From assembly GCA_044225505.1 (NCBI GenBank), contig JBGAIN010000031.1:1-61168 (forward strand): a stretch of 61,168 nt of DNA, written 5' to 3'. A model generated the notes under the pieces. The model did no database searches and had not been told where the DNA came from. It saw only the letters and a list, made by a program, of their open reading frames with translations. Position numbers and translations under genes: made by a program. This DNA comes from Limisphaerales bacterium. Lineage in GTDB: Bacteria; Verrucomicrobiota; Verrucomicrobiia; Limisphaerales; SIBE01. Shown piece by piece: positions 20,775 to 32,223 of this stretch. Position 1 is the stretch's first letter. Every line of letters starts with the position of its first letter.

Positions 20775-23288
20775 AGAAAACCAATCTAGCTCTCTTTCGA
20801 CGGGCCAATGGCATCAGGACGCTATCGGTCGCCCTGATTTGGCTCTCCGGCTTTAGTGCACCCCCTCCGCTCAACGCGGCTGAACCCTCTTCCGCGGAGA
20901 TTGAGTTCTTCGAGCGCAAGGTGCGTCCGCTCCTCGCGGACAATTGTTATTCCTGCCACGGAGAACAGAAGCAAAAGGGCAATCTGCGTCTCGACTCGCC
21001 TCAGTTTATTCGGGCCGGTGGCGACGGTGGGCCAGTGGTCACGCCAGGCGCGCCGGAAAAGAGCCGTCTCATTCTCGCGGTCAGCTACGAAGATGAAGAC
21101 CTGAAAATGCCGCCCAAAAAGCGTCTCTCCGCGACGCAAGTGCAAGACCTGACACAGTGGGTGCAACGCGGCGCGCCCATGCCTTCCGGGGATGCGCCGG
21201 CGCCCGCGGCTGCCAGCAAGGGCTTTCAAATCAGCGACCAGGACCGGGCCCATTGGGCCTTTCAGCCGGTAAAGAGGCCGCCTGTGCCAATGATCAGCGA
21301 CTTGGCCATGCGCGCGGCCAACCCCGTGGACGCATTCATTTTCGCCAAACTCGCTGCGAAGGGGCTGGTGCCAAACCCCTCCGCCACCCGGCTCGAGCTG
21401 ATTCGTCGAGCCGCTTACGATTTGACCGGGTTGCCACCGTCCTTGGAGGAGGTGGAGGAATTCCCTGCGGGACGACTCCCCCAGCGCTTGGGAGCACCTG
21501 ATCGACCGTTTGCTCAACTCGCCGCGCTACGGCGAAAAGTGGGGGAGGCACTGGCTTGATTTGGTGCGGTTTGCCGAGAGCAACAGCTACGAGCGCGACG
21601 GGGACAAGCCAAACGCCTGGCGCTTCCGCGATTACGTCGTGCGCGCGTTTAACGAGGATAAGCCGTATGACCGCTTCATTCGGGAGCAACTGGCTGGGGA
21701 CGAGCTTTCCGCGGGGGACAATGAAGCACTGACCGCGACGGGCTACTATCGCCTGGGCATTTGGGATGATGAACCCGCGGACCCTGAGTTGGCCCGCTAT
21801 GACGGCCTCGATGACATCGTGGCGACTACGGGCCAGGTCTTCCTTGGTCTGACGGTGGACTGCGCCCGCTGTCACAACCACAAGATGGATCCCATCAGCC
21901 AACGGGATTACTACGGCTTGGTCGCTTTTTTCCGAAACATCAATCACTTCCGTAACGGTGGGCCCACCGACGAAGTCCCCTTGTTCGCCAACGCGGAGGA
22001 ACGCAGGGAGTTCGAGTTGCGCCAGAAAGAGACGGAACGACGTCGCGGCGAGGTGAAAGCGCAGATCGGGGCGATCGAAAAGGCATTTCGCGATACGTTG
22101 ACAGCGGAGGAGGGTGGGGCGGAGTTGTCCAAGCGCGATTTCAAGAAGCTTCTTCGAGAGGAGGGCCAACGCGTCCTTGGGGCGGATGCCTTCTCGCGTT
22201 ACGAAGCACTGCTCAAGGAGTTGGAAGAGATCAAGCCGGCCGTCCCGGCCAACCTGGCGCTCGCGGTCACTGAAGCGACTGGGGCGCCGCCGCCAACGCA
22301 CGTGCTCTTACGGGGCAATCCTGGGAGGAAGGGCGACGTCGTGGAGCCCCAATTCATCGAAGTCGTCAGTAACGAGAAGCCTCTGGCTGTGCCGACGGCG
22401 CACACGAGCGGCCGACGCCTCGCGCTCGCAAACTGGCTCGCGTCGAGGAACAATCCCTTGACCGCCCGAGTGATGGCGAATCGCATTTGGCAGTATCACT
22501 TTGGACGAGGATTGGTTCGGTCACCGAATAATTTTGGTCTCCAGGGGGACCGACCGACTCACCCGGAGTTACTGGATTGGCTGGCGGACGAGTTCATGTC
22601 GCGAGGGTGGAGCGTGAAGGCCTTGCACCGCCTGATCATGACTTCGCAAACATATCAGATGTCGTCGAGGGGACAGCCGGAAGCTCTGCAATCGGATCCG
22701 CAAAACGATTGGTTTTGGCGCTTCGATATGCGTCGAATCACCGCGGAAGAGATTCGCGACTCGATTCTTGCGCTCACGGGTGATTTGAACCTGAGAATGT
22801 TCGGTCCGGGCATCTTTGTGGAGATTCCCGCCGAGGTGATGGCAGGTCAGTCACAGCCTGGGAAAGGGTGGGGCCAGTCGTCCGCTTCGGAGCAGGCGCG
22901 CCGGAGTATCTACATTAAGGTCAAACGCTCGCTCCTGACCCCGATTCTGGAGAGCTTTGACGTCGCAGAAACCGATCGGTCCGCGCCCGTTCGATTCGTG
23001 ACCACCCAACCGACCCAAGCGTTGGGAATGTTGAATAGCCGTTTTCTCAATCAACAGGCGGAATTATTGGCCGCACGCTTGCGCCGTGAAGCGGGGGAAG
23101 ATCAGCGACAACAAGTCCGCCTCGGACTCCAACTCGCCACGCTCCGCCGCCCAACCGAGACTGAGGTGACGCGAGGGGTCGAGCTGATGGAAAAACTCCG
23201 CGCGCAGGACGGTGCGACGACGGAAGCGGCGCTAAAGTGCTTTTGCTTGATGACTCTTAACTTGAACGAGTTGGTCTATCTTGACTAA
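20771..23288 (+). CDS. Planctomycete cytochrome c / DUF1549 / DUF1553 (PSCyt1-PSCyt2-PSD1) protein, frameshifted near 21463
   Basis: FFERKVRPLLADNCYSCH, HWAFQP, RHWLDLVRFAES, CARCHNHK and PTHPELLDWLA motifs. Removing one C from ttccctg restores EEFLRDDSPSAWEHLIDRLLNSPRYGE. Confidence 0.9.
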
Positions 23289-24757
23289 TGAGCAACATCG
23301 ATCCCAACGGCCATTTCTGCCGCCGGACGCGGCGCGAGTTTTTGTGGGAGGCGGGCGCCGGGTTTACAGGGCTTGCCCTGACGGGGCTGCTGACACTGGA
23401 TAGATTCTTCGGGCGCGACGCCCAGGCGGCTGTGGTTCCCGCAAATTTCGTGAACCCGCTGCAGGCGAAGCCAGCGCACTTTGCCCCAAAAGCCAAGAGC
23501 GTTATTTTCCTTTTTATGTACGGCGGGCCCAGCCACGTGGACACGTTCGACCACAAGCCCGAATTGTATCGACTCGATGGCCAGACCATTCCTGTGAAGA
23601 CCTTTGGCCGCAGCGGCAAGCGCAATGTCGGGCGCGTGGTCGGTCCGAAATGGAAAGGGAAGCAGTACGGTCAATGTGGAAAATGGGTCAGCGATCTTTT
23701 TCCACATCTGGCGACTTGTGTCGACGATCTGGCCTTTCTTCATTCCATGACCGCCGATTCCCCGATTCACGGCTCCGCGATGCTGCAGATGAACACCGGC
23801 AAGATCCTGTCCGGGAGTCCCTGCCTGGGTTCCTGGGTCAATTATGGCTTGGGGAGTGTGAATGAGAATTTGCCAGGTTTTGTCGTGATGCTCGATCCGA
23901 CCGGCGGGCCGATCAGCGGCGCCAAGAATTGGTCGAGTGGTTACATGCCCGCGACTTACCAAGCGACCATCATGCGTTCGGCGGGTGAACCGATTCTCGA
24001 CCTGCGACGCCCTGCGGACATGAGTCCGGCGGCACAACGTCACCTGCTCGATACCTTGAGGGAATTCAATTCTGAACACCAGGGGCCGCGCGCTGATAAC
24101 AGCAATCTGGCCGCTCGAATTGCCAGCTACGAGTTGGCCTACAAGATGCAAAGTAGCGCGCCCGAAGCGGTGGATTTTAGCAAGGAAAGCGAAGCTACGA
24201 GGGAACTTTACGGCATCAACGAAAAGCGGACCGAAGATTTTGGCCAGCGTTGTCTGCTGGCCCGGAGGTTGGTCGAACGCGGTGTGCGATTCGTGCAACT
24301 TTACGCCGGGGGCGCGCATAACGACGACAACTGGGATGCGCACGGCGATTTGGTCAAGAATCATACTTATCACGCGGGCCGCACGGATAAACCGATTGCC
24401 GGGTTGATCCAGGATCTCAAACAGCGCGGAATGCTCGATAGCACATTAATCATTTGGGGAGGAGAGTTTGGCCGCCAGCCTACGGCCGAATACGCGGAAG
24501 GCACGGGGCGCGATCACAATGCCTACGGGTTCACGATGTGGATGGCGGGCGGAGGGATCAAAGGCGGCATAAGCGTTGGTGAGACCGATGAACTGGGTTC
24601 CGCCGCTGTGACCGACCGGTTGCACGTCAAGAATCTTCACGCAACCGCGCTGCACCAGATGGGTTTGGATCCCGATAAACTCACTTACTTCTATGGCGGT
24701 CTGGATCAGAAGCTCGTTGGGGTGGAAGGGGCGGAGCTGATCACCAAGATCATTTAG
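23288..24757 (+). CDS. DUF1501 domain protein with Tat-like signal
   Basis: TRREFL, FLFMYGGPSHVDTFD, LARRLVERGVRFVQ, GEFGR and GRDH motifs; TAATG overlap with the PSD1 gene. Confidence 0.93.
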   Translation: MSNIDPNGHFCRRTRREFLWEAGAGFTGLALTGLLTLDRFFGRDAQAAVVPANFVNPLQAKPAHFAPKAKSVIFLFMYGGPSHVDTFDHKPELYRLDGQTIPVKTFGRSGKRNVGRVVGPKWKGKQYGQCGKWVSDLFPHLATCVDDLAFLHSMTADSPIHGSAMLQMNTGKILSGSPCLGSWVNYGLGSVNENLPGFVVMLDPTGGPISGAKNWSSGYMPATYQATIMRSAGEPILDLRRPADMSPAAQRHLLDTLREFNSEHQGPRADNSNLAARIASYELAYKMQSSAPEAVDFSKESEATRELYGINEKRTEDFGQRCLLARRLVERGVRFVQLYAGGAHNDDNWDAHGDLVKNHTYHAGRTDKPIAGLIQDLKQRGMLDSTLIIWGGEFGRQPTAEYAEGTGRDHNAYGFTMWMAGGGIKGGISVGETDELGSAAVTDRLHVKNLHATALHQMGLDPDKLTYFYGGLDQKLVGVEGAELITKII

Positions 24758-24994
24758 TTTGTCCTGCGGTTAATACCGTAGGTTCTGAGAAGCTTCGACG
24801 TGCCCGTGATTTTCTTGATTCTCGAGCATGGGGTATTTGCGTCCCAAGAACGGGACCGGACTCCGTTCTTGTGCGCCCGTAAGTCGCTATCCGAGGCGAT
24901 CCCAAGGACCGGTTTTTAAAAGCGGCATTATTTGATTGTTCCGAATCGACAGCACCGATGCAGCGGCGGGAATCACGAACAAAAGAGAGCTTCT

Positions 24995-25856
24995 ATGAAA
25001 TGGAAAGGACGATCCTTCACACCGAGCGCTGGACGCTGGAACTCAAGCCAAGCACTCGAGCAGGCGGCATTTCTGTGCGTCTGGATGACCCTAGCCGGGG
25101 TCACGTCGGGCTGTGCGAATTTTCGAAGTTCGGTGCCGAATGCAAGTTACGTGGGCCCATATGTTGGATACGAAAACAATCTCACGGTCAGGCAACTCCA
25201 ATCCGATTTGAGGGCGGCATATCGTTTCAAAGCAGTGAAGTATCCGGGGGGCTTTGTAACGATCTTCGGGGGGTCTCGAATTCCGGAGAGTACTGCTCTC
25301 TATCAACAAGTGCGAGAGTTCGCGCGTTCCTGGACAACTCAGTATGGCACTAAGCTGCCGATCTTGACGGGTGCCGGTCCGGGAATTATGGAGGCTGGAA
25401 GCCGCGGAGCCATGGAGGCGGGCGGGCCGAGCATCGGATACACGACTTACTATGGGCCGGCAACCGACCATGGAGACCCTAAGCTGGCATTCCGTCGATA
25501 CGTCTCCATCGAGACCAAGCAGACCAACGATATCATCACCGACGGATTGATCTTCCAGTGTGGCCGCAACCATGATGATCCTTCACTCCGCGGCCATGAT
25601 CATCGCCCCGGGAGGGACGGGCACGGAATGGGAAATTTTCCAAATTCTGGAGACGATCAAAAGTCGTCAATTGGCCAGAGTGCCTATCTTTCTGGTTGGA
25701 GACAGAGAAGTGCACTGGGCGAGTTTTTTCCGACGATTGGAGGATATGGCAGCGCGAGGAACTGTGACCTTGAAGGATCTCCCGGACCTGGTGCCTGTCA
25801 CGAGTGCTCGAGAGCTGCAGAAACAATTGGAGATCTCACTTCACTTGAGGGATTAA
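24995..25856 (+). CDS. LOG/SLOG-family protein with lipoprotein-like N-terminus, frameshifted near 25555
   Basis: VTIFGGSR and TGAGPGIMEA in the first frame; PGGTGTEWE (PGGxGTxxE) in the second frame; LAGVTSGC lipobox-like segment. Confidence 0.8.
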
Positions 25857-26223
25857 AACCGGACGCATCACAGCGTCGGAGTCGACGAATTTGGGACAAG
25901 GCTGCACATCGGTGGCATTCGTGGGATTGGCCTGTCACCAGCCCAGGGTCAGAAATGATTCTGCCGACCCTTTGGGGAAGGCGAGCCGTTGGTAAGACAA
26001 AGGAGCATCCGTCGGTTCGACCGTCACCGGTCCAAGCTTGCCAGCGGGAGAACGATCGAGTTTCTCGAGATGGCGTTGCCTGCCTGGGACCCTGCCGCCC
26101 AGGAGTGAGGATTGGAACGCGCCGGGAATATTCATCCGCAATTGTGGCCGTCGGCCTTAACGGAATCGCACGGAGGTCGGGGTTGACGGCAATGAGCAGC
26201 GAGGGCAGTATTGATCCGTTCCC

Positions 26224-27003
26224 GTGAATTGTTGCTGTCATCCGGACGTGTGGACCAGCCGCTGGTGTAGGAGTCGGGCGTTCACCCTCATCGAACTTCT
26301 GGTAGTGATAGCGATTATTGCTACTCTAGCGAGTTTGTTGCTGCCCGCTCTCACTGCCGCCAAGGGACGCGCTGGAATGGCGCGCTGCAAGAGTAATCTT
26401 CGACAAATTGGGCTCGGGCTGGCCCTTTACGTGACCGATGAGTCTAAATATCCGCATGAATTCCTCGATCCGCCGTCCGGGGTTCATGGCAAATGGTGGT
26501 TCCAATCGATTGAGCCGCACGTCGGCGCCACTTGGACGAACGAGCTTTATCGTTGTACTGCGAACAAGTATGGCCACGTTTTCGACGACAATATGATGGT
26601 GGATGGCATTTATGCGCAGGGCTCCTACGGCTATAATGCCCGAGGAACCGAACGCCTGAACGGGATGGACCTTGGGGTGAACCTGGGCTTGGGCAAGTTC
26701 AGCACGCTCCGCTATAGCGGACCTCGTCCGCCCAGCGTCACGGAAAGTGCGGTGATGGTTCCCTCGGACATGGTGGCGCTCGCGGAGGGAATTATTGCCA
26801 CAGGCGATATCCACCCGTCGACCAACGCTGGGATCGCGAATCCATATCCAGCCAGTTCGCGCTCAGGGTGGCACAAAGTTGGGGAGAATGTGCTTTTTTG
26901 TGACGGACATCTGGAACAGCTGAAACGAGGCCAGATCCTCTACGTTCCAGCGATGGGCGCACGCTGGAATAATGACAATCAACCACACCCTGAGGTGTGG
27001 TGA
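26224..27003 (+). CDS. Prepilin-type N-terminal cleavage/methylation protein with H-X9-DG motif (DUF1559-like)
   Basis: [39 protein letters not shown] and [13 protein letters not shown] motifs. Confidence 0.92.
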   Translation: MNCCCHPDVWTSRWCRSRAFTLIELLVVIAIIATLASLLLPALTAAKGRAGMARCKSNLRQIGLGLALYVTDESKYPHEFLDPPSGVHGKWWFQSIEPHVGATWTNELYRCTANKYGHVFDDNMMVDGIYAQGSYGYNARGTERLNGMDLGVNLGLGKFSTLRYSGPRPPSVTESAVMVPSDMVALAEGIIATGDIHPSTNAGIANPYPASSRSGWHKVGENVLFCDGHLEQLKRGQILYVPAMGARWNNDNQPHPEVW

Positions 27004-27143
27004 TCTCACGTGCGACGGAACCGGCCAGGTGCCGCCTCGCCCACCGCAGAATCCCAGGCCCGCCTTTGGGCCGGGCTCCAATAGCGCGACCTTCTGAGGG
27101 TCGCGCGCTTGTAAAGTGCGGCAGAGTTGCGCTAAGCAGAGTG

Positions 27144-28313
27144 ATGCTTAGTTGTATTAGAGCCGTTCGCCCAGCTTCCGTGGCGCCTTTACTGGCTTGC
27201 GGGATCTTAGCGATGCTCCTGAGTGGTTGCCAAACCGCGGGCTATTATGCCCAGGCGATCCGCGGGGAATATCAAGTCCTGTCCCAGCGTCAGTCCGTGG
27301 CTGAAATGATGGCGAAACCAACCACCGACCCGTTGCTGCGCCAGAAATTCGAGTTGATCGAGCGCTTACGAGCGTTTGCCGCGAAGGAACTCGGGTTACC
27401 GATCCATCGGCATTACCAGACCTACGTCGATTTGCATCGACGATTCGCGGTTTGGAACGTCCACGCTGCACCAGCGTACTCTTTGGAACCGAAGAAATGG
27501 TGGTATCCAATGGTCGGGAGTTTAAAGTATCGCGGTTATTTCTCGGAGGCGGACGCCAGGGCGTATGCGGCGAAGATTGCGACGCAAGGGTACGACGTTT
27601 ACACGGAAGGCGTTGAGGCCTACTCGACGTTAGGGTGGTTTGCAGATCCGTTGCTGAATACATTTATTTACCATTCCGAGCCCGAGTTAGCTGAAATTCT
27701 CTTTCACGAACTGACGCACCAGCGTTTATTTGTGAACGGAGATACGGACTTCAACGAGGCTTTCGCGACGGTCGTGGCGGAAGAGGGCGTGCGTCGTTGG
27801 TTGACCGTTTCGGGAAACTCCGCTGGCCGTGACCGCTACGAGTTGGATTTGGAACGTAACCGCCAATTTGTCAGCTTGGTTATGAATACGCGGCGTCAGC
27901 TCCATGCACTTTACGGCGAACCTCCACGAGGGCCAGCCCGGGCGTGGGCGGGGCGAGTTGGCCCAGCGTGGATGTGCGCAGAGAAGGAAGCGATTCTGGC
28001 GCGATCCAAAGAGGATTACGCGTACCTGAAGACAACTTGGGGAGGCGTCGCCGATTACGACGGTTGGTTCAATCGGAAGCTGAACAATGCGCAGCTCAAC
28101 ACCATAGCCGTCTACTACGACCTCGTTCCGGGACTACAGGCCTTGCTGCGAAGCAACCAAGGTCAGTTCGCCCCATTTTACGCGGCCGTCCGCGACCTTG
28201 GCAAGCTGCCCAAAGCGAAACGGCACCAGCGTCTCCATGAGTGGAGCGAGAAGGAGGAAGCCGGGCGGCGCGACGGTGACCAGGTCCAGCAGGGCTCACC
28301 GATCATCCATTGA
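27144..28313 (+). CDS. Zinc aminopeptidase-like lipoprotein (DUF2265 family)
   Basis: LLSGC lipobox, AYSTLGWFADP, FHELTHQ (HExxH) and FNEAFAT motifs. Confidence 0.85.
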   Translation: MLSCIRAVRPASVAPLLACGILAMLLSGCQTAGYYAQAIRGEYQVLSQRQSVAEMMAKPTTDPLLRQKFELIERLRAFAAKELGLPIHRHYQTYVDLHRRFAVWNVHAAPAYSLEPKKWWYPMVGSLKYRGYFSEADARAYAAKIATQGYDVYTEGVEAYSTLGWFADPLLNTFIYHSEPELAEILFHELTHQRLFVNGDTDFNEAFATVVAEEGVRRWLTVSGNSAGRDRYELDLERNRQFVSLVMNTRRQLHALYGEPPRGPARAWAGRVGPAWMCAEKEAILARSKEDYAYLKTTWGGVADYDGWFNRKLNNAQLNTIAVYYDLVPGLQALLRSNQGQFAPFYAAVRDLGKLPKAKRHQRLHEWSEKEEAGRRDGDQVQQGSPIIH

Positions 28314-30866
28314 GGCAGCGGCTGGCAATTGCTCCGGGTTCGTATTGTAGGCGCTGGTGATTTCCGACGGTTTCGATCGTCGCGACGCGGATTTGGCTTT
28401 CGCCGCGTGTGGTGGCTTCTCCTGGTGGTGAGGAGCTGCCGTCGGTTGACGCTCTAGCGCGGCTTTCAACAGCTGATCGACGTTTTCCACTGGGACAATC
28501 CGCAGACGCTCTTTCACCTCGGCAGGAATGTCTGGCAGGTCCTTTTCATTCAGCTTTGGAATCAGAACCGTTTGCAGACCCGCTCGGAGGGCCGCCAGGG
28601 TCTTTTCCTTTAAGCCACCGATGGGCAAAACCAAGCCGCGCAGACTAATCTCCCCGGTCATGCCAATGTCTGGACGAACGGGGATATTGGTGAAGAGCGA
28701 GGCGATCGCGGTAAACATCGCCACCCCTGCGGACGGACCGTCCTTGGGCACGGCGCCGCTTGGGACGTGAATGTGAAGGTCGTTCTCTTGAAACGCCGCG
28801 GGATCGATCCCCAGCGTCGCGACGCGGCTGCGGACCAGACTCAAGGCGGCCTGAGCAGACTCCTTCATCACCTGGCCAATATGCCCGGTGAGGAGCAGTG
28901 CGCCTTTGCCAGAATACCGAGTCGCTTCGACGTGCAGAATTTCGCCGCCCGCGGGAGTGTAGGCCAAACCGGTCACGACTCCTGGGCTGCTCGATTGGAG
29001 ACGGGTTTCTCGAATAAAACGGACCGGGCCGAGGATCTCCTGCAAGAGGGTGGGGGTGACTTCAATGTGGGGAGCTTCCCCGGCCGCGACGCGTGCGGCG
29101 ACGGCGCGAATGACGGCGCTGATCTGACGTTCTAAATCCCGCACGCCCGCTTCGTGGGTGTAATCATTGATGATTTGGAGAAGGGTGGGGTCGGGCAAGG
29201 CGCATTGTTCCGCTTGGACTCCATTCTCGTGGAGTTGACGCTGAACAATGTAGCGTCTGGCAATCTGGAGTTTTTCTCGCTCGGTATAACCAGGGAGTGC
29301 AAGCACTTCCATACGGTCTCGCAACGCTGGCGGGACCGGATCGATCGTGTTCGCTGTGGCGATAAAGATCACCTGCGATAGGTCGAACGGCACATCCAGA
29401 TAGCGGTCGACAAAGGCGTTATTCTGCCGAGGATCGAGAACTTCGAGAAGCGCGCTCGCGGGGTCTCCGCGAAAATCCGCGCCGAGTTTGTCGATTTCAT
29501 CCAGCATGATGACGGGATTCCGGGTGCCGACACGACGGAGTTCCTGAATCAGTCGGCCGGGCATCGACCCAATGTAAGTTCGTCGGTGTCCGCGAATCTC
29601 GGCTTCATCCCGGATCCCTCCCAAACTTAGGCGTGCGAACTTTCGGCCAAGGGCGTCCGCGATTGATTGCCCCAGGCTGGTTTTGCCCACTCCGGGCGGA
29701 CCTACCAAGCAGAGAATCGGGCCGCGTCCGTCGGGATTGAGTTTTCGCACGGCCAGGTACTCGATCAAACGGCGTTTGACTTTCTCCAGGTCGTAATGAT
29801 CCCGATCAAGGACCTGTTGCGCCTGCAAAAGATCCAGGTTGTCGACCGTGGCTTTGGACCAAGGAAGTTCCGCGAGTATCTCGACGTAGCTGACGATGAC
29901 CGAATATTCCGGGCTAGCCGGAGGGATGTAAGCGAGGCGTTTGAGTTCCCGGTGAGCCATCTGTGCCACCGCAGCTGGAGGGTTGGCTTCGTCGAGGCGG
30001 CGTCTTAATTGTTCGGCCTGTTCTTCCGTGCCATCAGAGGATTCCCCAAGTTCGCGTTGAATCGCTTTGATCTGTTCCGTTAGATACGCCCGGCGCTGGG
30101 CATCGGTGAATTGGTCCGCGACGTCCTTTTGCAGCTTTTGCTGGAGTTGCGCAATCTCCAGCTGCGCGGAGACTCGGAGTTGGACCGAGCGGACGCGTTT
30201 AACGACGTCGAGTTCCTCCAGAAGATCTTGTTTTTGCGGCGTATCCAGATTCAGGCTGCTGGCAAGGAAATCGGCCAAAGTGCCAGGGTCTTCGATATTG
30301 AGGATGAGCATCCGGGCCTGCTCGGGAGCGTCCGGCGTCATTTCGATCAATTTAGCAGCCGATTCGCGCAAATTGTTTACTGAGGCGGTCCATTCGGTGC
30401 TGGCCGGTGCTGGCGCGACGGATTCGATCACTTTGACCTGAGCGCGAATGTATGGATCCGACACCACGACTTTCTCAATAACCACACGTTTCAGAGCCTG
30501 AACCACGATCAAGACGCTGTCATCCGGTTGGCGCAACAATTTCAAAACAAGCCCCGCCACGCCGATGCGGTACAGATCATCGGCACCTGGATCATCCTGG
30601 TCTGGCTGGCGCTGGGCAAACAAAGCGACGACTTTGCTTTGGGGAAGCGAATCATCGAGGAGGCGTCGCGAGTTGGGCCGGCCAATTGTCAAGGGCACCA
30701 CAGTCCCAGGAAAGACCACCAGATTCCTGACCGGCAGAACGGGTAGCACTTCAGGGATAAGCGGCTGCCCGTCGTCCTTTTTGGCAACAGCGATCACCGC
30801 GGGTTGCTGCCCCTCGACCGAGTCGGCTTGGGGCGGATTAACGACTGGATTCTCTTTCGTATTCAT
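28296..30866 (-). CDS. lon: Endopeptidase La (Lon protease)
   Basis: N domain LPVLPVRN, Walker A GPPGVGKTS, GHRRTYIG, and catalytic PKDGPSAG. Alternative start at 30929. Confidence 0.97.
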   Translation of the reverse strand: MNTKENPVVNPPQADSVEGQQPAVIAVAKKDDGQPLIPEVLPVLPVRNLVVFPGTVVPLTIGRPNSRRLLDDSLPQSKVVALFAQRQPDQDDPGADDLYRIGVAGLVLKLLRQPDDSVLIVVQALKRVVIEKVVVSDPYIRAQVKVIESVAPAPASTEWTASVNNLRESAAKLIEMTPDAPEQARMLILNIEDPGTLADFLASSLNLDTPQKQDLLEELDVVKRVRSVQLRVSAQLEIAQLQQKLQKDVADQFTDAQRRAYLTEQIKAIQRELGESSDGTEEQAEQLRRRLDEANPPAAVAQMAHRELKRLAYIPPASPEYSVIVSYVEILAELPWSKATVDNLDLLQAQQVLDRDHYDLEKVKRRLIEYLAVRKLNPDGRGPILCLVGPPGVGKTSLGQSIADALGRKFARLSLGGIRDEAEIRGHRRTYIGSMPGRLIQELRRVGTRNPVIMLDEIDKLGADFRGDPASALLEVLDPRQNNAFVDRYLDVPFDLSQVIFIATANTIDPVPPALRDRMEVLALPGYTEREKLQIARRYIVQRQLHENGVQAEQCALPDPTLLQIINDYTHEAGVRDLERQISAVIRAVAARVAAGEAPHIEVTPTLLQEILGPVRFIRETRLQSSSPGVVTGLAYTPAGGEILHVEATRYSGKGALLLTGHIGQVMKESAQAALSLVRSRVATLGIDPAAFQENDLHIHVPSGAVPKDGPSAGVAMFTAIASLFTNIPVRPDIGMTGEISLRGLVLPIGGLKEKTLAALRAGLQTVLIPKLNEKDLPDIPAEVKERLRIVPVENVDQLLKAALERQPTAAPHHQEKPPHAAKAKSASRRSKPSEITSAYNTNPEQLPAAASMDDR

Positions 30867-30921
30867 ATGCTGTCCGTTCACGACAAATGGGACGTTTTCT
30901 TGGAGCGGAGGCTCTCGGCTC

Positions 30922-31332
30922 TCAGGCATGGCAACGCAGCGGGAGGTAAATCCAAAGCAATCCATTCCGCTGCTCAGCCGTAACCTTGTCCGGCTGGGTG
31001 TCCGACGGGAGCGTGACGACGCGTTCGAATCGTCCGTAATCGATTTCCATAGCAAGGATTTGCACGGGCTTGTGCGGTTCCGGCTCGGGAGGACGCCTTT
31101 GTCCCCGAAGGGAGAGACGAGTCGGCGTGACCTCGAGCTGAATTTGGTCTCGGTCAACGCCAGCCAGGTCGACGCAAATGACGACGCAGTGCTCGCAACG
31201 GTAGGCATTCAAAGCTGGCTGCCACGTTTCGGGAGCACTGAACCGGGAGAATTGAACCTTGGTCATCTGGTAAACAACATCTCCCAACTGCCCCTGCAAA
31301 CGTCGCAAGCGAATACTGTGGTTGTTCTCCAT
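30922..31332 (-). CDS. Hsp20 / alpha-crystallin small heat shock protein
   Basis: WQPALNAY, DLAGV, MEIDYGRFER and NGLLWIYLP motifs; RBS-like aaagga; directly upstream of lon. Confidence 0.92.
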   Translation of the reverse strand: MENNHSIRLRRLQGQLGDVVYQMTKVQFSRFSAPETWQPALNAYRCEHCVVICVDLAGVDRDQIQLEVTPTRLSLRGQRRPPEPEPHKPVQILAMEIDYGRFERVVTLPSDTQPDKVTAEQRNGLLWIYLPLRCHA

Positions 31333-31582
31333 GTTTCCTTTTTGAGTCCTTAATCCACCCCTGCAATCTAGCATCGGCTTGGCTCATGGCCAAGGGCACG
31401 TGCCTTTTTTGGACTCAATCGCGAAGGGTATGGCCCACGGTCGGATTAGCATCTCTTGGCGTCGCCCACGCCGAGAACCTTCCTGCGCCTGGACGCGCCC
31501 AAGCCAACTGTTCAGGCCTCGCCGCCTTGATCACGACGAAAATCCCTCGCCGCAGCGCCCCTCTGCTTTTTAAAACACGCTC

Positions 31583-32170
31583 TTAATGCAAAGCGGCGCG
31601 CAGGGGCAGCGTCAGAATGATCTGCCCTTCCGCGTGATTCAATTCCCGAAGACGGGAGTAAACCGACTTTTCCTCGAAATACTGGAGAGCCATTTTGACG
31701 AAGATATTGCCGTGCTTAGCTTCTGACACCCAGAGGTCATGGTAAAAGAGTTGCAGTTCCTGGTCTCCGGCGACGGCTGAGGCAACGAGGCGGAAGCGCT
31801 CGGCGCCCCGACATTCAATAATCGAGGCCAGGAGCAGGCGATCGAGGAAACGCCGCTGGGGGTCCGAATGACACAGGTCCATCAGCGCTCGAATGTACGG
31901 GTCCGCGGTCATCTCCTTGGCGAGAAGAACGCCTCGTTTCTGCATGAGTTGATAAACCTGCTGAAAGTGCTGCAACTCCTCTATGCCAGTCTCAATCAGC
32001 TCTGGAATAATCTCCACGCGGTCCGGGTACTTGGCGACAAAGCTCATCGCCATCGCCGACGCTTTTCTCTCGCAATCGGCATGATCCTGCAGAAATGCCG
32101 GCAAGTTCGAAAGAACTGTCGGAGCCCAATCTGAAGGGGTAGCAGCAGTCAGTTCTAACGAGTATTTCAT
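31583..32170 (-). CDS. miaE: tRNA-(ms2io6A) hydroxylase MiaE
   Basis: Di-iron motifs DHADCERKAS, EELQHF, IIECRGAERF and SEAKH. Confidence 0.9.
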   Translation of the reverse strand: MKYSLELTAATPSDWAPTVLSNLPAFLQDHADCERKASAMAMSFVAKYPDRVEIIPELIETGIEELQHFQQVYQLMQKRGVLLAKEMTADPYIRALMDLCHSDPQRRFLDRLLLASIIECRGAERFRLVASAVAGDQELQLFYHDLWVSEAKHGNIFVKMALQYFEEKSVYSRLRELNHAEGQIILTLPLRAALH

Positions 32171-32223
32171 GGCTAGAAGTTGACAGTTGCGCCGCCGCTG
32201 CGAAAGCGCAAAGAATCTCGCGC

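Noticed and set aside
25857..26227. C-terminal part of ORF 24932-26227
   Set aside because: Out-of-frame read-through after the LOG frameshift; the sequence is not protein-like.
30930..31208. N-terminal extension of Lon in the ORF track
   Set aside because: It overlaps the Hsp20 gene in another frame; Lon homology starts after 30866.
31385..31410. Sigma-54 site upstream of hsp20
   Set aside because: The GG to GC spacing is not 10 nt.
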